A stretch of 25,896 nucleotides of DNA from an uncultured virus (IMG/VR IMGVR_UViG_2061766007_002077) (IMGVR_UViG_2061766007_002077); one strand, 5' to 3'. Positions 10,633 to 17,428 are shown, counted from the first letter of the stretch. Notes: a model not told the origin generated them from the sequence alone. Numbers and translations are program-made.

Positions 10633-10661
10633 TTGACAATCTTTGTGGTATATGGTATTAT
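10633..10661 (+). promoter_or_regulatory. sigma70-type promoter with extended -10
   Basis: TTGACA-N17 (TGn)-TATTAT. Confidence 0.85.
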
Positions 10662-10684
10662 GAGAATGTAAGGAGAACAAAGAC

Positions 10685-10894
10685 ATGAAGTACAGAAAAG
10701 AGTTCAAGGACCAGGTTATCAAGACAAGACTTTACTCACTCATGAGCTTCGATTATGAAATCGCTGATGCATATCACATTTCAGTCGCAACACTCAAAAG
10801 GTGGATGAAAGAGTTCTGGGCTGAGAGAAACAGAGGGGCTGAGAACGAGGAGTTCTCATACAACATCAACTGGGAGAAGGTGAGCGAGATCTAG
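10685..10894 (+). CDS. Small HTH DNA-binding protein
   Basis: KYRKEFK...EIADAYHISVATLKRW helix-turn-helix pattern. Confidence 0.75.
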   Translation: MKYRKEFKDQVIKTRLYSLMSFDYEIADAYHISVATLKRWMKEFWAERNRGAENEEFSYNINWEKVSEI

Positions 10895-10895
10895 T

Positions 10896-11291
10896 ATGAA
10901 ACATAAATACCTTATTGACGATAAGATTCCTCATGGAATCTACAAGCCCAAGAAGGGTGACCATAGGATTCCAAAATGGAAGGAATCCAGAAAGGTCTAC
11001 GGGTTTGACGAAAGGGAGACTTGGGACCTCCGTGATTATTCTCTTGCATGGCTCTATGAGAGAATCAAGATGTTCATTGATGTCTGTGACATTAATCTCA
11101 ATTATCACAAGTTCAAGTACAATGACAAGGAGTTCACTCAGCTTGAGGTACTTGACAAGATACTTGAGGACATCAGACTTTACTTTGATGCCAAATACTC
11201 TTATGACCCTGATAAATGGGAGAAAAGAGTACCTTATCTTAATGAGATTGGAGCTTTGTGGGGACTTGTGCTCCCCGCAATGTGGTGGTGA
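10896..11291 (+). CDS. Conserved phage hypothetical protein
   Basis: GFDERETWDL motif and C-terminal MWW. Confidence 0.7.
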   Translation: MKHKYLIDDKIPHGIYKPKKGDHRIPKWKESRKVYGFDERETWDLRDYSLAWLYERIKMFIDVCDINLNYHKFKYNDKEFTQLEVLDKILEDIRLYFDAKYSYDPDKWEKRVPYLNEIGALWGLVLPAMWW

Positions 11292-11309
11292 ATTATATAG
11301 GAGAAAATA

Positions 11310-11486
11310 ATGGACCCTACAACAGCAATGGAAATTTATGATGCCATATTCAAGATATGGGAGATTTATTACAGAAGGGGTATAATAACCGCAGGATTCC
11401 TTGGATTCAATATCGGTGTTCTTGTCTGTATGCTATTCTCAATCAATGGTCTGCTGAGGACTAAGAAGAAAAAGGACGATAAGTAA
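11310..11486 (+). CDS. Small membrane protein
   Basis: AGGAG SD; one hydrophobic helix and a basic tail (below the ORF-track cutoff). Confidence 0.55.
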   Translation: MDPTTAMEIYDAIFKIWEIYYRRGIITAGFLGFNIGVLVCMLFSINGLLRTKKKKDDK

Positions 11487-12004
11487 ATGATTATTGATTA
11501 TAAGGTTCAGGTCAGCAATGTAAAGACTCTGATGTTCTCCAATTCCCATAAATACCTTCTTGTTGAGTCAGATAAGCATATGGGAAAGGAAGAATCCATT
11601 CTTGATGTAGTCAAGGAGATTAGGGAAATCAGCAGCTGGTCTGATAATGAGATAAAGGATGTCCTTTTAGATGTTGAGGATAACTTTGAGAAAACGGACT
11701 ACAAGCCCTTTATGGTTCTTATANNNNNNNNNNNNNNNNNNNNTATGCAATACAGCACAGAATGTCATTAAGGCATATGAGGACTATGAGAAGAATCCTG
11801 AGGAAAGCGGGTATATCGACCATTGGAACGGCCCCTCACATTATGTTAAGATGATAACAAAATATGAGAAGCCTTCATATCTTTTGGTAAGAGGGTTCAA
11901 GGGGCACCCTGAGGGAACTANNNNNNNNNNNNNNNNNNNNNNNNNNNNNNNNNNNNNNNNNNNNNNNNNNNNNNNNNNNNNNNNNNNNNNNNNNNNNNNN
12001 NNNN

Positions 12005-13468
12005 ACAGAGAACGGAGCACTCACATATAAGACCTCAGGCTCAAGAATCCTTGACTTGTTTTCAAGGGGTGGAGCATACAGGAACAGAAGTGATGAGGAT
12101 ATCATTACTCTTGTTTCAGAGGCATTTGAAGAAGACCCGCTTTATACTCTTGAGGTCCTCTTTTATTTGAGAGACATCAGGGGTGGTCAGGGTGAAAAGC
12201 GTGTATTCCGTGTGGGTATAAATGCCTTGAAGGACGCCCTTAGGACTAAGGACGGAAATCTCCACAACCTCTTTGATACAATTATTGAAATTGGCTCCTG
12301 GAAGGACATTTTTGATTACTTTGAGTTTGACGAGTGGAAGGACTATGTTGTTTCCCATGTTGAGTCATTGAATTTCTCCAAGCCTGACCTTGTGTTCAAG
12401 TATATGCCATCTGTTGGTGGTTCAAAGAACAAGCAGGCTGAGAAGTTGGCTGAGATGCTCAAGATTTCTCCTAAGGAGTATCGTAAGATGCTTACAAGGG
12501 AGAGAAAGAGACTCCAGCTTGTTGAGACCTCCATGTGTGCCAACCATTGGAATGAGGTTGATTACAATCATGTTCCTTCAAAGGCGGGCCTTCTCTACAA
12601 GAACGCATTTGCCAAGCATGATGCTGACAGATACCGCGAATTCATCACAAAGGTGAACGCAGGTGATAAGTCTGTCAAGCTTAATGCCGGAACTCTGTAT
12701 CCTTATGAGATTACAGAGAAGTACATGAATAAGTACAACTTTGAGTACTGTGGATGGGGATACTGTAACGAAGACGGTGAGCGTAAGCCTGTGGTCGATG
12801 AAGTTCTTGAAGCTTACTGGAAGTCACTTCCTGTTTATGGAGAGAGTCAGTTCAACGCTGTTGTTGTGGCTGATACGTCAGGTTCAATGTGGGGAAGACC
12901 TATGGCCGTTTCCACATCACTGGCTATCTACTTCGCTCAGCATAACACCGGTCTTTTCCATAACAAGTGGATTACCTTCTCTCACACACCTAAGTTCATT
13001 GAACTCAAGGAAGGAGAGAGCCTTGCTGACTCCATCTATACTTTCTACAAGAACTCAGAGGTAGCTGATACAAACTTGCAGGCTGTATTCGATATTATGT
13101 TGAAGGCAGCCCTGGATTACAAGTTGCCTGAGAATGAGATGCCTAAGTTGATTTACATTGTCAGTGACATGGAGTTCAACAGTGCCATTGATAACAATGG
13201 ATTCTCAGCTACCAATTATGAGGTAATCAAGGAGAAGTACGCAAGAGCAGGGTATGAAGCCCCAGCAGTAGTGTTCTGGAACGTTGATGCCAGAAATGAC
13301 CAGTCACCTGTCAGGATGAACGAGGCTGGTGTGGCTCTGATTTCAGGGTCAAGCCCTTCAACATTCAACTTGGCAATCTCCAAGGAGTGTGACCCTATGA
13401 CCTTCATGTTTAAGACCATCAGAGTCCCAAGATATGAGGAGCCTGCAAGGAGAATCCTTGGTGTCTGA
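12005..13468 (+). CDS. DUF2828-family TROVE/Ro60-like protein with C-terminal vWA domain (true start in the N gap before 12005)
   Basis: In-frame TENGA upstream of the annotated start, RDIRGGQGE, GSWKD, VPS, LYPYE; vWA MIDAS DTSGSM, DTN, SDMEF, VFWNV, SGxS. Confidence 0.88.
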   Translation, partial: TENGALTYKTSGSRILDLFSRGGAYRNRSDEDIITLVSEAFEEDPLYTLEVLFYLRDIRGGQGEKRVFRVGINALKDALRTKDGNLHNLFDTIIEIGSWKDIFDYFEFDEWKDYVVSHVESLNFSKPDLVFKYMPSVGGSKNKQAEKLAEMLKISPKEYRKMLTRERKRLQLVETSMCANHWNEVDYNHVPSKAGLLYKNAFAKHDADRYREFITKVNAGDKSVKLNAGTLYPYEITEKYMNKYNFEYCGWGYCNEDGERKPVVDEVLEAYWKSLPVYGESQFNAVVVADTSGSMWGRPMAVSTSLAIYFAQHNTGLFHNKWITFSHTPKFIELKEGESLADSIYTFYKNSEVADTNLQAVFDIMLKAALDYKLPENEMPKLIYIVSDMEFNSAIDNNGFSATNYEVIKEKYARAGYEAPAVVFWNVDARNDQSPVRMNEAGVALISGSSPSTFNLAISKECDPMTFMFKTIRVPRYEEPARRILGV

Positions 13469-13845
13469 TAAGTCATTTGAGGAGTTCAAACGTTCTCAGA
13501 AAGAGAGGTCATTGAGCATCATCAACGAGTTGAACGAGTTGATTGATTCAATGAGTGATGAGGAGCTCTATGACCATATGATGAAAACTTCACCGTCTTT
13601 CAGAGAAACAATGAANNNNNNNNNNNNNNNNNNNNNNNNNNNNNNNNNNNNNNNNNNNNNNNNNNNNNNNNNNNNNNNNNNNNNNNNNNNNNNNNNNNNN
13701 NNNNNNNNNNNNNNNNNNNNNNNNNNNNNNNNNNNNNNNNNNNNNNNNTGACACAAAGAGTCAGCGACAAGAGTTTCCGTGATTCTCTCTTGGAAAACAA
13801 AGGAATCACAAACCATCCAGTTTTTTATTTATAAGGAGTTCAGCT

Positions 13846-14364
13846 ATGGGTACATGGAGAGAGGACAATAGCCTGATAAGATATCAGGAATACATGACCA
13901 TAGAGGAACTTCTCACAGATTGGGTTGATGATGTAGATAGGGATGTCATAAGGAAGAATGACTTTCCTATGGTAAGGAAGTACATCGGAGAAGGTCAGAG
14001 ATATTCCAGACTTTACAGATACATTGATGCTCCTCACACCAACTCAGACCCCATCTATGATAAGGATGTCGGAGACATAATAGAGTACAATCTGATATCC
14101 ACCACAAAGAAAAGTCCGAGGGAAGCATTTGATGAATGGTTCGTGGACGATACCAATGTCCTTATATTTGAGGATGTCCAGGGACTTGACCCTCAGGAGT
14201 ATGGAGCAGGAAAGTTCGATTGGGAGGATGAGGTGATAATCTGCGGAAGATTCAAGGTCACTGATATCTCAGAGAAGTCATTTCCAATCCCAAGAAGATT
14301 CCAGAACGATTACAGGAAGACAAGGCTGGAATACACACAATACACACTTTCACCGATTGAATGA
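13846..14364 (+). CDS. Putative mono-ADP-ribosyltransferase (R-S-E clade)
   Basis: LYR (Arg), GD..ISTT (STS-like) and EDEVI (ExE) followed by FKV, in the spacing typical of VIP2/C3/Alt/Mod-type folds. Confidence 0.65.
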   Translation: MGTWREDNSLIRYQEYMTIEELLTDWVDDVDRDVIRKNDFPMVRKYIGEGQRYSRLYRYIDAPHTNSDPIYDKDVGDIIEYNLISTTKKSPREAFDEWFVDDTNVLIFEDVQGLDPQEYGAGKFDWEDEVIICGRFKVTDISEKSFPIPRRFQNDYRKTRLEYTQYTLSPIE

Positions 14365-14449
14365 TTGGTTTTCAAAAAAAGGCACTAATTAACCTATGAT
14401 TATGATGAAATTACAGGCAAGACACATTGATATGCTCAATACAAGTATA

Positions 14450-15220
14450 TTAGCCCCCAAGGGAGGGTTAATGGTTCCTGCTTGTGAAAAGGGAGGGCGG
14501 TTAAGTTGAAGGACTGAAACCCTAATACTTCCCGATACANNNNNNNNNNNNNNNNNNNNNNNNNNNNNNNNNNNNNNNNNNNNNNNNNNNNNNNNNNNNN
14601 NNNNNNNNNNNNNNNNNNNNNNNNNNNNNNNNNNNNNNNNNNNNNNNNNNNNNNNNNNNNNNNNNNNNNNNNNNNNNNNNNNNNNNNNNNNNNNNNNNNN
14701 NNNNNNNNNNNNNNNNNNNNNNNNNNNNNNNNNNNNNNNNNNNNNNNNNNNNNNNNNNNNNNNNNNNNNNNNNNNNNNNNNNNNNNNNNNNNNNNNNNNN
14801 NNNNNNNNNNNNNNNNNNNNNNNNNNNNNNNNNNNNNNNAAGTTGAAGAAAGAGATTTTTAAAGTAACTAGCGAAGGAAACAAGAGCCGAAAGGTATAAG
14901 AGAAATCTTGGCTGGCTGAGTAGGCAATGAAACTCTTGGGGNNNNNNNNNNNNNNNNNNNNNNNNNNNNNNNNNNNNNNNNNNNNNNNNNNNNNNTTAGG
15001 GTGCTCCTCTACTTGAACCTCCGAGATTAAAGAGGATGAACATGAGGAAATCAGTATCTCCCGGAGTAAGCGGATAGGGCTACTGGACTTCATGAATATG
15101 GGTTTACTTGAAAGAGTATTCTCCATAAAATCCAAGAACAGCATGATACCTATACTTGTTAAGTGGTTTCTTCTTATGGGTGTCCAAGTTGAAAGGAGTA
15201 AAGAAAAGCCACTTTTGTTA
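14450..15220 (+). ncRNA. Large structured ncRNA candidate (ROOL/GOLLD-like), partly masked
   Basis: No credible + ORF; GNRA hairpins (GCC-GAAA-GGT, TACTT-GAAA-GAGTA), long stem AAGTGGTTT..AAGCCACTT; directly upstream of the tRNA array. Boundaries uncertain. Confidence 0.55.
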
Positions 15221-15293
15221 GGGAGAGTAACTCAGCGGTTAGAGTTCTGGTCTTATAAACCAGCGGTCATTGGTTCAAACCCAATCTCTCCCA
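15221..15293 (+). tRNA. tRNA-Ile(TAT)
   Basis: Perfect cloverleaf GGGAGAG/CTCTCCC; CTGGT-CT TAT AA-ACCAG; TTCAAAC loop. Confidence 0.92.
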
Positions 15294-15345
15294 TAGTGTT
15301 TGTGGTGTAATCATCATAGACATCACCTCCTCTTACAGTCACAGA

Positions 15346-15417
15346 GTTCAGGTAATTCAATGGCAGATAGACCCAGAGTGGAAAACTAGAATGAGGGTTC
15401 AAGTCCCTTTCTGAACT
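15346..15417 (+). ncRNA. tRNA-like RNA lacking a proper anticodon arm
   Basis: Acceptor GTTCAGG/TCTGAAC, D-loop AATGGCA, T arm GAGGG-TTCAAGT-CCCTT; central region poorly paired. Confidence 0.6.
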
Positions 15418-15436
15418 TTTATCCAACTGTGACATC

Positions 15437-15503
15437 GAGATTCAGCTAGTGCTGGTCCTAGTGGAAGTTGGTCGGCCTTGAAGTGCAATTCTTCAGAATC
15501 TCA
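15437..15503 (+). ncRNA. tRNA-like RNA (acceptor + T arm, no D arm)
   Basis: GAGATTC/GAATCTC stem, TGAAG-TGCAATT-CTTCA T arm, central GCTGGTCC..TTGGTCGGC helix. Confidence 0.55.
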
Positions 15504-15640
15504 TACTTATCTATTTGGAACTTGCAAGTTCCACTTATACTTCTTTCTATCCTCCTTACTTGATAAAGGTGGAACTTGTGCGGACACATGAGGTTTGATA
15601 CTTTCAGCCTGGTGTCTGGGTAACAAAAAGTATCACATTT

Positions 15641-15712
15641 GGTTCATTGGTGTAACGGTTAGCACGCAAGATTGTCAATCTTGAGGCAGGAGTTCAACTC
15701 TCCTATGGACCG
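15641..15712 (+). tRNA. tRNA-Asp(GTC)
   Basis: Cloverleaf; CAAGA-TT GTC AA-TCTTG; G73. Confidence 0.93.
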
Positions 15713-15714
15713 AA

Positions 15715-15788
15715 GCTAGAAACCTGAGTTCGATTCTCAGCCCGATAGCTCACAAGTGGTTCGGGTAGTATAGTGGTATTACACTGGC
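15715..15788 (+). ncRNA. Circularly permuted tRNA mimic (YrlA/Y-RNA topology)
   Basis: Order GCTAG - T arm CTGAG TTCGATT CTCAG - CCCGA loop TCGGG - TA - D arm GTAT AGTGGTA TTAC - A - CTGGC. Confidence 0.75.
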
Positions 15789-15938
15789 GGGGAGTAGGTT
15801 ACNNNNNNNNNNNNNNNNNNNNNNNNNNTAATGTCCTATGGATTGCTGATATGTGCAGGAATGTTTGGCAGTTGCCTATGTGTTTCTAACTGCACTGGGA
15901 CATATCTGACTGGAGGCAACCATCAGATGATGTTAAAA

Positions 15939-16013
15939 TGGTACTAAGCTTTGATAGGTGAAGCACCCCTAGTATATAGGGGGAATAAGGGGGTTCAAGT
16001 CCTTCAGTACCAA
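15939..16013 (+). ncRNA. Atypical tRNA/tRNA mimic (anticodon position TAT, no U33)
   Basis: TGGTACT/AGTACCA, D arm GCTT/AAGC, CCCCT-AGTATAT-AGGGG, T loop TTCAAGT. Confidence 0.65.
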
Positions 16014-16017
16014 TAAG

Positions 16018-16182
16018 ATGTATCTTTCTATACAAGGAAAGTGAGACCTTGTACTATTGGTAGATTCTCACAAATCTATCATGTTTGGGATGCTGAGGTT
16101 AGACTGAAGCAATTGGGCAAGAGGCTCGGCCAGGCATCATTCCTTTCTTCATGAGGAGAGGGATTTCCAATGAAAGATATAT
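16018..16182 (+). ncRNA. Multibranch structured RNA with kissing loops
   Basis: 11-bp closing stem, several internal hairpins, complementary loops GTGAG/CTCAC. Confidence 0.55.
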
Positions 16183-16299
16183 TATTTTCAAGAACAAAGG
16201 CATAATGGTAACCTTTACAGACTTTGATGGCCAAGACCAGTCTGATTCAAGAGTATAAGCCCTGAAGTACAAAGGAGAGATTGCTCACCATTCATTTTT

Positions 16300-16373
16300 C
16301 GGAGTGTTGGATAGTGGCTATTCCGNNNNNNNNNNNNNNNNNNNNNNNNNNNNNNNNNNNNNNNNNNNNNNGC
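16300..16373 (+). tRNA. tRNA, anticodon masked (Pro-like 5' end)
   Basis: CGGAGTG TT GGAT AGTGGCT ATTCC then an N gap of tRNA length. Confidence 0.5.
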
Positions 16374-16539
16374 ATAGTCAGAGTTGTTATCCTATCAAGG
16401 TTGTTATCTGACTGATATTGTCATGTTATCTTATGGAAGAAGATATCAGAGTGGAGAGCTCTGATATGGCTGAGCGATTTAAAGCCGTCCAGTAATGGAA
16501 AAGGACATTAGTTCAAGAGAGAACATCTTCCATATTCAT

Positions 16540-16611
16540 TGCTCGTTAGCCTAGTGGTCAGGCGGCGGTCTGTTAAACCGTTCTAGGTAAGTTCAATTCT
16601 TACACGAGCAG
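16540..16611 (+). tRNA. tRNA-Asn(GTT)
   Basis: TGCTCGT/ACGAGCA; GCGGT-CT GTT AA-ACCGT. Confidence 0.93.
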
Positions 16612-16750
16612 AATGTAAAAGACAACTTGTGAGGAACAAGTTATGTAAGTTGAGTCTTTTCAGCCATTAGCAGACAGATACCTATACTTGTATCTGTTGG
16701 TGACAAGGTGGAGCCGTAACACTTTTTTCTAAACTTACTTTTCTTTAAAT

Positions 16751-16821
16751 TGCCCTATCGTTCAATAGTAGGACACAAGCTTCTGGTACTTGACATCGTG
16801 GTGCAATTCCATGTGGGGCAG
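16751..16821 (+). tRNA. tRNA-Gln(CTG)
   Basis: TGCCCTA/TGGGGCA; loop TT CTG GT; variant D and T loops. Confidence 0.85.
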
Positions 16822-16826
16822 TACTC

Positions 16827-16909
16827 GCCAGGGTGCTGGAACTGGAATACAGAACTGACTTAAAATCAGTCGCCCTAAGGGATTGGGAGTTCAAATCTCC
16901 TTCCTGGCA
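16827..16909 (+). tRNA. tRNA-Leu(TAA)
   Basis: ACTGA-CT TAA AA-TCAGT; long variable arm. Confidence 0.93.
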
Positions 16910-16911
16910 TT

Positions 16912-16971
16912 TTGGATGCGATAACAGCATATAAAAATAGTGTATTAGGAAACAGACTCAGCTGCATCCAG
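16912..16971 (+). ncRNA. Small AACAGCA-motif RNA (copy 1)
   Basis: TGGATGC/GCATCCA terminal stem, AACAGCA motif, TTAGGA loop. Confidence 0.5.
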
Positions 16972-16978
16972 TTATAAT

Positions 16979-17050
16979 AGTAGGGTTAAGGAACGGTTGC
17001 CTTTGAGGTCTCATAAGCCTCCTAAGTGGGTTCGACTCCCACCCCTGCGA
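16979..17050 (+). tRNA. tRNA-Met(CAT), initiator-like 1-72 mismatch
   Basis: GAGGT-CT CAT AA-GCCTC; GTGGG-TTCGACT-CCCAC. Confidence 0.85.
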
Positions 17051-17056
17051 TAGGAA

Positions 17057-17140
17057 GCCCAAATAGACGAATTGGCATAGTCACCAGCCTTAGGAGCTGG
17101 CGTCCAGAAGGCATTGTGGGTTCAAGTCCCTCTTTGGGCA
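17057..17140 (+). tRNA. tRNA-Leu(TAG)
   Basis: CCAGC-CT TAG GA-GCTGG; long variable arm. Confidence 0.92.
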
Positions 17141-17146
17141 TAAATC

Positions 17147-17220
17147 AGGTTCTTAGCTCAGTTGGTTAGAGCGCATCTCTGATAAGGATGAGGTCCTAAG
17201 TTCAATTCTTAGAGAGCCTA
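17147..17220 (+). tRNA. tRNA-Ile(GAT)
   Basis: Canonical cloverleaf; CATCT-CT GAT AA-GGATG. Confidence 0.94.
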
Positions 17221-17355
17221 ATTCTTATGGCCGTAGCGGTGAAACCAGGCCATAAGAGCTGTTACTGGGAGATGAACAGCAGGTCTGTAAAGCGCTTTAC
17301 ATAATCCCGCTACCTTATAGATAGCCANNNNNNNNNNNNNNNNNNNNNNTGTCAT

Positions 17356-17428
17356 AGGTTCATAATTCAATTGGGAGAATGCCACCCTTACAAGATGGAA
17401 GTTTTCGGTTCGAGTCCGGATGAGCCTA
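17356..17428 (+). tRNA. tRNA-Val(TAC)
   Basis: AGGTTCA/TGAGCCT; loop CT TAC AA. Confidence 0.9.

Noticed and set aside
10685..10894. IS3-type transposase OrfA resemblance
   Set aside because: No DDE OrfB or terminal inverted repeats; treated as a stand-alone HTH protein.
573..13476. Minus-strand and alternate-frame ORFs in the left half
   Set aside because: Shadows of well-supported + strand genes with no motifs or RBS.
16018..16182. Purine riboswitch or SRP Alu domain identity for the kissing-loop RNA
   Set aside because: Lacks the purine-riboswitch core nucleotides and any SRP helix-8 motif.
14389..16930. ORF-track entries over the RNA island (14389-15144, 15092-15310, 15253-15435, 16745-16930)
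   Set aside because: They overlap tRNAs or structured RNA, lack SD sites or are inflated by N runs.
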